DNA from: Squalus acanthias
Lineage: Eukaryota
NCBI GenBank assembly: GCA_030390025.1
Contig: CM059431.1
Coordinates: forward strand, 99,698,001 to 99,762,000
Reading direction: 5' to 3'
Length of the DNA: 64,000 nucleotides
Below, piece after piece: positions 26,791 through 38,001 of the stretch. The stretch's first letter is position 1; every line of letters begins with the position of its first letter. Position numbers and translations under genes: made by a program. Below the pieces are notes generated by a model. The model had not been told where the DNA came from. It made no database searches and saw only the letters and a program-made list of their open reading frames with translations.

Positions 26791-27455
26791 AACTTAAAGC
26801 AGGAATATGTACCCTTTTCTTGGGGCCCCGATTGTTTGCACCAGTTTTAATACTCTGATGTCTGCTGATGAGATTAGCAGGAAATTTCGGTGTAAGTACC
26901 TGCCGGCAGCATCGGCGCAAGGACGAGCGCAAACTTTGGCGAAACTTGCTGATTTTGCCATTTGAGGAAATTCTGCCCCCAATGATTTGTTTCTACCAAA
27001 GAATGAAGACTGAAAGGAATTCTGACCAGAAACCTACCAGTAGGCATGTGAGATGTACAGTGATTGGATCAGTCTCCCATCAGGAAAAAGAGGATTAGGA
27101 GAATGTCCAGCTGAGGAGGACGGTCTTGCAAGAATGAAAGAAAGTGAGATGTTTGAGCAGGTTTTTTTTAAGCATGTGGATCAATCACCTACGTGAGTGG
27201 CTGCTCACCGGTAGACTGCAGGTCTTTAAGTTCAGGGTGTGTGATATCCAAAGGTCGATCTTCTTATGCAAATAGAGCTGTAATATTTCTGATTTAGTTA
27301 TCCAGCACTGGGAGCATTGGCTCAAGAAGGGGCAGCAGTCAACTGGAAAATGGATTTGATGTATATAATCTCATGGCTGACTTGTTCTCCAAAAGATTCC
27401 AAAAAAATGGAATTCTCAATGTCACTAAATGGCTCTGACAGCCAGACACTCAGAC

Positions 27456-28012
27456 ATGGAATCCTACAGCACAGAAGGAGGCCATTCGGCCCATCGTGCC
27501 TGTGCCGGCTCTTTGAAAGAGCTCTCCAATTAGTCTCACTCCCCCCTGCTTTTTCCCCGTAGCCCAGCAAATCTTTTCCTTTTCATGTATTTATCCAATT
27601 CCCTTTTGAAAGTTACTATTGAATCTGCTTCCACAACCCTTTCAGGCAGCGTATTCCAGATCACCACAACTCGCTGCGTAAAAAAAACATTCTCCTCATC
27701 TCCCCTCTGGCTCTTTTGCCAATTATCTTCAATCTGTGTCCTCTGGTTACCGACCCTCCTGCCACTGGAAACAGTTTCTCCTTATTTACTCTATCAGAAC
27801 CATTCATGATTTTGAATCTATTAAATCTCCCCTTAAACTTCTCGGCTCTAAGGAGAACAACCCCAGCTTCTACAGTCTCTCCACGTAACTGAAGTTCCTC
27901 ATCCCTGGTACATTCTGGTAAATCTTCTCTGCACCCCTCTCCAAGGCCTTGACATAATTCCTAAAGTGTGGTGCCCAGAGTTGGACACAATACTCCAGCT
28001 GAGGTCTAACAT
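27456..28012 (-). mobile_element. CR1 3' fragment (tail type a)
   Basis: Matches 45225-45790. Confidence 0.92.
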
Positions 28013-28419
28013 TGGGGATCTGGCCAAATCTCTGATACAGGATTTATGATCTTGCTTCCCAGCGAGGTAAAGACTGGCACGTTAACCATCCAGTTTTAAT
28101 CTACCAGTGGATTTAGCCGTCGATTGGGAAATGTTAAAATCTCTGGACTTTACGAAAACACACAAACAGTGTATCATTAAAGGAAACCTTGAGCATGATA
28201 AGCTTTAAAAAAGTATATGGAATTATAGATTACTCTCTTGGTGCTAAGATAGTGGAGAAGATAACAAATAATATCACGTTCCGCATTACTTGTATCATCT
28301 ACAAGAACTTAGATTTAAACCCAGTTCTCCAACAGTTATTTTAGTTTCTATGCCTCAGTACAATATAACCTGGTAGAGGGTCCTACTGTGCTATTATATC
28401 ACGGTATACCTTGCAGTTA

Positions 28420-29495
28420 AAAAGGCTTACGGGATCCTGGGCTTCATGAATAGAGGCATAGAGTGTGGAAATTATGATGAACCTGTATAAAACATTGGTT
28501 CGGCCCCAACTGGAGTACTGTGTCCAATTCTGGGCACCACACTTTAGGAAGGATGTGAAGGCCTTAGAGAAGGTGCAGAAAAGATTTACTAGAATGGTTC
28601 CAGGGATGAGGGACTTCAGTTACATAGAAACTAGGAGCAGGAGTAGGCCATTCGGCCCGTCGAGCCTGCTCCACCATTCAATACGATCATGGCTGATCAT
28701 CCAAATCCAGTACCCTGTCCCTGCTTTCTCACACAGAATCCCCATCGAGCCTGCACCGACACATATCCCACCCTATCCCCGTAACCCCACGTATTTAATT
28801 CCCTCTAACATATCCCATCCTATCCCCGGAACCCCACATATTTAATCCCCCCCTAACACTAAGGGTCAATTTATCATAGCCAAATCAACCTAACCCGCAC
28901 ATTTTTGGACTGTGGGAGGAAACCGGAGCATCCGGAGGAAACCCACGCAGACACAGGGAGAATGTGCAAACTCCACACAGACAGTCATCCGAGGCCAGAT
29001 TCGAACCCGGGTCCCTGGCGCTGTGAGGCAACAGTGCTAACCACTATGCCACCGTGTTACGTGGATAGACTAGAGAAGCTGGGCTTGTTCTCCTCAGAGC
29101 AGAGAAGGTTGAGAGGGGATTTGATAGAGGTGTTCAAAATCAGAGGGGTCTGGACAGAGTAGATAGAGAGAAACTGTTCCCATTGGCGGAAAGGTCGAGA
29201 ACCAGAGGACACAGATATAAGGTGATTGGCAGAAGAACCAAAGGCGACGTAAGAGAAAACTTTTTACGCAGCGAGTGGTTCGGGTCTGGAATGCACTGCC
29301 TGAAAGAGTGGTGGAGGCAGACTCAATCACAGCTTTCAAAAGGGAATTGGATACGTATCTGAAGGAAAGAAATTTGCAGGGCGATGGGGAAAGGGCGGGG
29401 GAGTGGGACGAGCTGAAGTGCTCTTGCAGAGAGCTGGCACGGGCTCGACGGGCTGAATGGCCTCCTTCCGTGTTGTACCCATTCTATGATTCCAT
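28420..29495 (+). mobile_element. CR1 3' fragment interrupted by an HE1 SINE
   Basis: LYKTLVRPQLEYCVQFWAPHFRKD...RRLRGDLIEVFK; sequence resumes in register after 29060. Confidence 0.92.
28624..29055 (-). mobile_element. HE1-like V-SINE
   Basis: Minus strand has a tRNA-like head (ggtggcatagtggttagcact...gggttcgaatc) and the V-domain ggagtttgcacattctccctgtgtctgcgtgggtttcctccgg. GTTAC is duplicated at 28619-23 and 29056-60. Confidence 0.92.
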
Positions 29496-29497
29496 AA

Positions 29498-29992
29498 TAG
29501 GTTGCAGAGGAGATTTACCAGAATGGTTCCAGGGATGAGGTGCTTCAGTTACGTGGAGAGACTGGAGAAGCTGGAGTTGTTCTCCTTAGAGCAGAGAAGG
29601 TTAAGGGGAGATTTAATAGAGATGTTCAAAATCATGAAGAGTTTTGATAGAGTAAATAAGGAGAAACTGTTTCCACTCACATGAGGGTCGGTAACCAGAG
29701 GACACAGATTTAAGGTCATTGGCAAAAAAAAGCCAGGGAGGGAGATGAGGAGAAATTTTTTTACTCAGTAAGTTGTTGTGATCTGGAATGCGCTGCCTGA
29801 AAGGGCGGTGGAAGCAGATTCAATAGTAACTTTCAAAAGGGAATTGGATAAATACTGGAAAAGGAGAAATTTGCAGGGCTATGGGGAAAGAGCAGGGGGG
29901 AGTGAGACTAATTGGAGAGCTCGTTCAAAGAGCCGGCACAGGCACGATGGGTCGAATGGCCTCCTTCCGTGCTGTATCATTCTCTGATTCCA
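29498..29992 (+). mobile_element. CR1 3' fragment (tail type a)
   Basis: QRRFTRMVPGMR...LEKLELFSLEQRRLRGDLIE. Confidence 0.92.
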
Positions 29993-30552
29993 TGAGTGCT
30001 TTGTTTCTTTTGAGCATTGTGGGTACTTGCGTTAATATTAGTGTAAATCTGTGCACACAGACAAGTACAGGAAGTCTCCTGATGGCTTCTATATGACTGA
30101 GAGTGGCGCACAGCTTTGTTGAAATGGTCAGTCAATGCACAGCACATATTTGGACGCTCAGAAGTCTTCTTCCAGTTTGTGTCCAACTGAACTGAAGAGC
30201 GAAATCTACTGAGGGGCAGAATTGGAAGGAACAGAATGTTTTAAAAGTCGAGTCAGAAGGGGGACAGAAATCAACATTTGAAGCGTTGGAAACCCAGCTT
30301 CCTGCAGCTCCAGAACTCTGCTCTGAATCAATCGAACTGAGCCTGCAGTGTTTTTCTGTAATTGTGTGACTATTTCAGCTGAAAAATCATTTAAGACAGA
30401 AAATTCAAATATTAAGCGTCAGGAATGCAGCCATTGTACAGTTCTGTGAATCCATTATTCAAGATGTACCATTTCCAACCAAACTAAAGATGAGAAGTCA
30501 CTCAATTAGCAACAGGATGACTTCTAAGGGAATTTGGGACATTTATGAAATT

Positions 30553-30918
30553 CTTACAGGGCTTGACAGGGTAGATGCTGAGAGGCTGTTTCCCCCTGGC
30601 TGGAGAGTCTCAAACCACGGGTCATAGTCTCAGGATAAAGGGTTGCCCATTTAGAACTGAGATGAGGAGGAATTTCTTCACTCAGAGGGTGGTGTATCTT
30701 TGAAATTCTCTGCCCCAGAGGGCTGTGGCGGCTCAGTCCTTGAGTCTATTCAAGGCTGAGATAGATAGATTTTTGGACTCTAGGGGAATCGAGGGATATG
30801 GGGATCGGGCGGGAAAGTGGAGTTGAGGTCGAAGATCAGCCATGATCTTATTAAATGGCGGAGCAGGCTCGAGGGGTTGAATGGCCGATTCCTGCTCCTA
30901 ATTCTTATGTTCTTATGA
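30553..30918 (+). mobile_element. CR1 3' fragment (tail type b) with a 10-bp target-site duplication
   Basis: TTATGAAATT at 30543-52 and 30913-22. Confidence 0.92.
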
Positions 30919-31191
30919 AATTGTATCACATCTGATTCAACAGCCAAAAGATGTCATAATTGCTGCAGACTCACTGAGAATACTTGCTGGTCATCAGTTT
31001 GAGACGGGCGATGCTATCGAGACGAATGTCAAGGTCGATCGAACTGAGATTCAAAAATTTTGGGTTGAAGAGACGAATGAAACCTTTAAGAAATTTTGTA
31101 AAGCTCCGGAAATAGACCGGGAATACTGTGGAAAATTCCATATTAGGAAGAAAGAGGCTTTACACAGCTGGACTGTGGTGCTATTGGAATA

Positions 31192-31418
31192 TGGGAACAG
31201 GAGGAGGCCATTCAGCCCCTTGAGCCTGTTCCGCCATTCAATTAGAACATGGCTGTTCTGTATCTTAACTCCATTTTCCCGCCTTGGTTCCATATCCCTT
31301 AATACCCTTACCCAACAAAAATCTATCAATCTCAGTTTTGAAATTTTCAATTGAACCCCGACCTCAACAGCTTTTTGGGGGAGAGAGTTCCAGATTTCCA
31401 CCACCCTTTGTGTGAAGA
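31192..31418 (-). mobile_element. CR1 3' fragment (tail type c)
   Basis: Reverse complement of 13755-13982. Confidence 0.9.
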
Positions 31419-31442
31419 GGCAGCCTTCTACCTGAGACTGAA

Positions 31443-31640
31443 GGGGGGGTCATTTTAACCTCAGTTGCCAGGTGTGAAACCCCCGGGATCGGGAGGAACG
31501 CTGGTTTGACGCCCCGTCCAATATTGCTCTCGATTGAGTTCAGTGGCGAGTAAAATCAGCCGGGGTGTAAAATCAGCGATGCCCCCCCGATCCCGTCAGT
31601 TACCCATCGGACGATTTCAGTTAAAATTGCCCCCCCCCCC
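31443..31640. mobile_element. Palindromic MITE-like element (about 195 bp)
   Basis: Nested inverted pairs: gggggtcattttaac / gttaaaattgccccc; gggatcggg / cccgatccc; cgctggtttgacgccccg / cggggtgtaaaatcagcg. Confidence 0.7.
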
Positions 31641-31785
31641 CCTCACTGCCCCGAGTCTGCTCGGTGATCCGAGTGGCAGAGAGAACTTCAGCATTCTAAC
31701 ATCTCACTACTCATGTTCGACAAAACAGAAGTGAAGAAATTGTGAAAAATGAGCATCAGGGTTTTACAAGCTCAAGAACAATAAG

Positions 31786-31945
31786 AAGCATTTAAGGGGA
31801 AGCTGGATAAACACATGAGGGAGAAAGGAATAGAAGGATATGCTGATAGGGTGAGATGAAGAGGGGTGGGAGGAGGCTCGTGTGGAGCATAAACACCGGC
31901 ACGGACCAGTTGGGCCGAATGGCCTGTTTCTGTGCTGTAAATTTG
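31786..31945 (+). mobile_element. CR1 3' tail (type d)
   Basis: Matches 61083-61235. Confidence 0.9.
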
Positions 31946-32510
31946 ACATTATTCTATGTAAGAAGTACAGCACTTAATCCCAAATAGTTCCAAGTGGATT
32001 TGGACCTGTACTTGGTGCTAAATACATTCAACATCTTCAGCTTGTGACGGTGCATCGCCAGAACAGGATGGTGATGGAGGGTTCACCAAAATTCACAAAA
32101 CAAGATGTCTTCGAAGGAGAGGCGAAGTCAAAAGACACCTTCGAATTGATTCTACGGCTCCGGTTGTAGAGCTGCCAGTCAGTGAACCACCTCTGTGAAA
32201 GAACTTGTCAAGAAGCGCATTCATTAGTTTTTGATAGGAAAGTGTGCTGACTGACTGGGTCTCTCTGCAATGGTGGTAGTCATGAAGGGAAATGATAAAT
32301 TGCACTTGTGCACCAGACCAAAACCACTTCATAAAAAAAAAAGCCCTCAAAACACAAACACGATCCACTTTGAACTGTAGAGGATTTTCTGCCTGAACAA
32401 GCTAAAGTGACCACTTTGTGGTTGTGGATTCAAAGAGTGGGTTTCTGCGCATTTTATTTGATGTCTATCAAGTCTGCTGACCACCTTTACAATACCATTT
32501 GGAAGATACA

Positions 32511-33034
32511 GGGCACCGCACTTTAGGAAGGATGTCAAGGCCTTGGAGAGGGTTGCAGAGGAGATTTACCAGAATGGTGCCAGGGACGAGGGACTTCAGT
32601 TACGTGGAGAGACTGGAGAAGCTGGGATTGTTCTCCTCAGAGCAGAGAAGGTTAAGGGGAGACTTAATGGAGGTGTTCAAAATCATGAAGGGTTTTGATA
32701 GAGTAAATAAGGAGAAACTGTTTCCACTGGCAGGAGGGTGGGTAACCAGAGGACACAGATTGGCAAAAGAACCAGAGGGGAGATGAGGAGAATTTTTTTT
32801 GACGCAGCGACTTGTTGTGATCTGGAATGCGCTGCCTCAAAGGGCGGTGGAAGCAGATTCAATAGTGACTTTCAAAAGAGAATTGGATAAATACTTGAAG
32901 AGGAAACATTTGCAGGGCTCTGGGGGAAAGAGCAGGGGGGAGTGGGACTAATTGGAGAGCTCTTTCAAAAAGAGCCGGTACAGGCACGATGGGCCGAATG
33001 GCCTCCTTCCGTGCTGTAGGATGCTATGATTCTA
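32511..33034 (+). mobile_element. CR1 3' fragment (tail type a)
   Basis: QRRFTRMVPG...RLEKLGLFSSEQRRLRGDL. Confidence 0.92.
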
Positions 33035-33547
33035 CAGTGTGCATCTGAAAGAAGACTGGAACATGTCAGCCAGTTTGCGAAGTGTTAGGCCAGCTTTCTG
33101 GTGGGCATGAGTCCACATCGCAAAGATCCCCACAAATCCATACTTAAATGTCAATAAGTTGCCAGTCTCACTCAGAAGCTGCAAGGATGTTTGGTGTGAG
33201 AGAGAGAAATGGCACGTTAGTGCAGTAAGTGGGAGTGCTCTTCTGGGATTAGTGTTAAGGCAGAAAGGAAACTCAGGCATGGACCAGATGGTATTGCATA
33301 TGGTGAAAACACCTTCAGTCCCTCGTTCTTGCATCTGTCATCTGAGTTCACAAAAAGAATTAAAGACAGTAATTGTGTCTCTGACACTCACGCTGTATCA
33401 ATCCGGACTAGTTATATATACATTATCCTTCCAAACAATTAGAGGATTTTTCATTCTTGATGTTTAGCTGTTGCCACACAATTATTGAACACAATCACTT
33501 ATGCCACAAATTATCTTTAAGCCCTGGCTAGGTTAGTAGTATTCTCC

Positions 33548-34951
33548 CCTGAGTCAGAAGGTTGTGGGTTCAAGTCCCACTCCAGAGACCTGAGCACAAA
33601 AATCTAGGCTGACACTCCAGTGCAGTGCTGAGGGGGCGCCGCACTGTCGGAGGGGGCAGTACTGAGGGAGTGCCAAACTGTCGGAGGGGCAATACTGAGG
33701 GAGTGCCAAACTGTCGGAGGGGCAGTACTGAGGGAGCGCTGCACTGTCGGAGGGGCAGTACTGAGGGAGCGCTGCACTGTCGGAGGGGCAGTACTGAGGG
33801 AGCGCCGCACTGTCGGAGGGGCAGTACTGAGGGAGCGCTGCGTTGTCGGAGGGGCAGTACTGAGGGAGCACCGCACTGTCGGAGAGGCAGTACTGAGGGA
33901 GCGCTGCACTGTCGGAGGGGCAGTACTGAGGGAGTGCCGCACTGTCGGAGGGGCAATACTGAGGGAGTGCCAAACTGTCGGAGGGGCAGTACTGAGGGAG
34001 CGCCGCACTGTCGGAGAGGCAGTACTGAGGGAGCGCTGCACTGTCGGAGGGGCAGTACTGAGGGAGCGCCGCACTGTCGGAGGGGCAGTACTGAGGGAGC
34101 ACCGCACTGTCGGAGGGGCAGTACTAAGGGAGCGCTGCACTGTCAGAGGGGCAGTACTGAGGGAACGCTGCACTGTCGGAGGGGCAGTACTTATGGAGCA
34201 CTGCACTGTCGGAGCGGCAGTACTGAGGGAGCGCTGCACTGTCGGAGGGGCAGTACTTATGGAGCACTGCACTGTCGGAGGTGCAGTACTGAGGGAGCGC
34301 TGCACTGTCGGAGGGGCAGTACTTATGGAGCACTGCACTGTCGGAGGGGCAGTACTGAGGGAGCGCTGCACTGTCGGAGGGGCAGTACTTGTGGAGCACT
34401 GCACTGTCGGAGGGGCAGTACTGAGGGAGCGCTGCACTGTTGGAGGGGCAGTACTGAGGGAGTGCTGCACTGTTGGAGGGGCAGTACTAAGGGAGCGCTG
34501 CACTGTCAGAGGGACAGTACTGAGGGTGCGCTGCACTGTCGGAGGGGCAGTACTTATGGAGCACTGCACTGTCGGAGCGGCAGTACTGAGGGAGCGCTGC
34601 ACTGTCGGAGGGGCAGTACTTATGGAGCACTGCACTGTCGGAGGGGCAGTACTGAGGGAGCGCTGCACTTTCGGAGGGGCAGTACTTATGGAGCACTGCA
34701 CTGTTGGAGCGGCAGTACTGAGGGAGCGCTGCACTGTCGGAGGGGCAGTACTGAGGGAGTGCTGCACTGTCGGAGGGGGCAGTACTGAGGGAGCGCTGCA
34801 CTGTCGGAGGGGCAGTACTGAGGGAGCACTGCACTGTCGGAGCGGCAGTACTGAGGGAGCGCTGCACTGTCGGAGGGGCAGTACTGAGGGAGTGCTGCAC
34901 TGTTGGAGGGGCAGTACTAAGGGAGCGCTGCACTGTTGGAGGGGCAGTACT
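33548..34951 (+). mobile_element. Deu-domain SINE partial head plus about 40 x 33-bp array, joined directly to CR1
   Basis: gagtcagaaggttgtgggttcaagtcccactccagagac head; array 33622-34951; Deu body and tail absent. Confidence 0.92.
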
Positions 34952-36385
34952 ATTAAGAAAGGAGGGAGACAGAAAGCAGGCAACTATCGACCAGTTAGCC
35001 TAACATCTGTCACTGGGAAAATGCTGGAGTCCATTATTAAGGAAGTGGTCGCAGGACATTTAGAAAATCATAATATAGTCAAGCAGAGTCAGCATGGTTT
35101 TATGAAAGGGAAATCATGTTTGACAAATTTGCTGGAGTTCTTTGAGGATGTAACGAGCAGGGTGGATAAAGGGGAACCAGTAGATGCTGAGTATTTGGAT
35201 TTCCAGAAGGCATTCGATAAGGTGCCACGTAAAAAGTTACTACACAAGATAAGAGCTCACGGGTTTGGGGGTAATATATTAGCATGGATAGAGGATTGGC
35301 TAACTGACAGAAAACAGAGAGTCGGGATCAATGGATAATTTTCAGGTTGGCAAACTGTAAGTAGTGGGGTGCCGCAGGGATCAGTGCTGGGGCCTCAACT
35401 ATTTACAATCTATATTAATGACTTGGATGAAGGGACCAAGTGTACTGTAGCCAAATTTGCTGATGATACAAAGATAGTGGGAAAGCAAATTGTGTGGAGG
35501 TCACAAAGAATCTCCAAAGGGATATAGATAGGCTAAGTGAGTGGGCAAAAATCTGGCAGATGGAGTATAATGTGGGAAAATGTGAGGTTATCCACTTTGG
35601 TAGGAAAAACAAAAAAGCAAATTATTATTTAAATGGGGAGAGATTACAAAATGCTGAGGTACAGAGGGATCTGGGGGTCCTTGTACATGAATCACAAAAA
35701 GTTAGCATGCAGGTACAGCAAGTAATTAGGAAGGCAAACGGAGTGTTGGCCTTTATTGCAAAGGGAATGGAGTATAAAAGTAGGGTAGGACTGTTACAAC
35801 TGTACAGGGCGTTGGTGAGACCACACCTGGAGTACTGCGTACTGTTTTGGTCTCCTTATTTAAGGAAGGATATACTTGCATTGGAGGCAGTTCAGAGAAG
35901 GTTCACGAGGTTGATTCCAGAGATGAAGGGGTTGTCTTATGAAGAAAGGTTGAGCAGGTTGGGCCTATACTCATTGGCGTTTAGAAGAATGAGAGGGGAT
36001 CTTATTGAAACATATAAGATTCTGAAGGGGCTTGACAGGGTAGATGCAGAGAGGATGTTTCCCCTCATGGGGGAATCTAGAACTAGGGGGCATAATTTCA
36101 GAATCAGGGTTCGCGCATTTAAAATGGAAATGAGGAGGAATTTCTTCTCTCAGAGGATCGTGAATCTTTGGAATTCTCTTCCCCAGAGAGCTCTGGAGGC
36201 GGAGTCATTGAATATATTTAAGGTGGAGATAGACAGATTTTTGAATGGTAAGGGAGTCAAGGGTTATGGGGAGCGGGCAGGGAAGTGGAGTTGAGGCCAA
36301 GATCAGATCAGCCATGATCTTACTGAATGGCGGAGCAGGCTCGAGGGGTTGAATGGCCGACTCCTGTTCCTACGTCTTATGTATG
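34952..36385 (+). pseudogene. 5'-truncated CR1 LINE ORF2 (RT) plus 3' UTR (tail type b), disrupted
   Basis: [60 protein letters not shown]; internal stop and frameshift. Confidence 0.95.
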
Positions 36386-36921
36386 TAATTCTAAGATAAT
36401 ACTTAACAGATTCTAGAACACTCCAGAGACATTCCATGGGACCACTACTATGTTACAATCTTTGCTGACTTACTGTTCTGTAGTCGAGTGTAAAACCAAG
36501 TGCAGAACCGCCCCCTCTCTTGTTGGGCTTGCTACATACCAATTAAAAACGTTCTCCTGATTGCATTTTAAGAATTCTGCGCCTCTCTACCTTCATAGGA
36601 CAGCCCTCTCATCCCAGGAATCAACCTACAATGTCAGCTTGGATCAGATCTGGATATTTTTATGGTGTATTCATGCCAATGAGAGAGCCCAGAGATGATT
36701 TAAGTTTAGACGCAAAAGTCACCAATATAAAAGACATGGAGAAAATCTAAATATAACATAGCACTGAGGCACGGTTAAATGTCTTTTTACAGTGAAATAA
36801 CTCAATTCAAAATGGCACGACTCATTCAGTTACTGCCGCGTAGGAAAGAGAACACTGTGCTGGGTGTGTTATCAAGGAGGTGGAAGGGTTCCAGTCAGCT
36901 TAGTATTAGCCATTTCACGCA

Positions 36922-37762
36922 GAAATATTGGGAAGACCGAAGCCATTGTTTTCAGTCCCCGCCACAAACTCCGTTCCCTAGCCACTGACTCCATCCTTCT
37001 CCCTAACATCTGTCTGAGGCTGAACCAGACTGTTCGCAACCTTCGTGTCATATTTGACCCTGAAATGAGCTTCCGACCACATATCCGCAGCATAACCAAG
37101 ACCGCCTATTTCCACCTCCGTAACATTGCCCGTCTCCGCCCTTGCCTCAGCTCATCCGCTGCTGAAACCGTCATCCATGCCTTTGTTACCTCTAGTCTTG
37201 ACTATCCAACGCACTCCTGGCTGGCCTCCCACATTCCACCCTACGTAAACTTGAGGTCATCCAAAACTCGGCTGCCCGTGTCCTAACTCGCACTAAGTCC
37301 CGTTCGCCCATCACCCCTGTGCTTGCTGACCTACATTGGCTCCTGGTTAAGCAGCGCCTCGATTTCAAAATCCTCATCCTTGTTTTCAAATCCCTCCATG
37401 GCCTCGCCCCTTCCTATCTCTGTAACCTCCTCCAGCGCCACAACCTCTCGCGATATCTGCTCTCCTCTAATTCTGCCCTCTTGAGCACCCCTGATTATAA
37501 TCGCTCAGCCTTTGGTGGTCGTGCCTTCTGTTGCCTGGGCCCTAAGCTCTGGAATTCCCTGCCTAAACTCTCCGCCTCTCTCTCCACCTTTAAGATGCTC
37601 CTTAAAACCGACCTCTTTGACCAAGCTTTTGGTCACCTGCCCTAATTTATCCTTATGTGGCTCGGTGTCAAATTTTCTGTTTTTAATACTCCTGTGCAGC
37701 GCCTTGGGACGTTTTACTATGTTAAAGGCGCTATATAAATACAAGTTGTTGTTGTTGTTGTT
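36922..37762 (+). mobile_element. L2-clade LINE 3' fragment
   Basis: KTEAIVF...VRNLRVIFD...KTAYFHLRNIARLRP...HAFVTSSLDY...LHWL...WNSLP, ending in (GTT)n. Confidence 0.93.
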
Positions 37763-38001
37763 GCGCAGTCGAGTGTCATTATCCTGGCATGTTCGTTACA
37801 GAAATACTCAGCGCGATGATGTGGAATCGATTGTGTTTTCACGCCACACGTGAGGGTGAATCCATACTGATCGACCTGTGTGATAAATATCAGATCCCGC
37901 CTGACAGAGACAAGTAGAGCAGCCAGTATATTAAACAAATTACTCCCATTATTGGGAAAGCATTCAATAGACAAGCAACATAAGTCACTGCCTTCAGAAT
38001 A

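Larger units (their letters stand above)
30463..32512 (+). pseudogene. Decayed Gypsy LTR-retrotransposon gag-pol, interrupted by three CR1 fragments and a MITE
   Basis: Gag-like VPFPTKLKMR...IWDIYEI/VSHL...QKFWVEETNETF. Protease-end-like QIVPSGFGPVLGAKYIQHLQLV. RT-like TDWVS.MVVVMK.NDKLHLC..PKPL, TVEDFLP, VDSKSGF and SLLTTFTIPFGRYR across frameshifts. Confidence 0.75.

Noticed and set aside
28990..29055. tRNA genes at the SINE heads (also 14850-14923, 22013, 40408, 43440, 53070)
   Set aside because: Only A/B-box remnants fused to SINE bodies; no complete cloverleaf.
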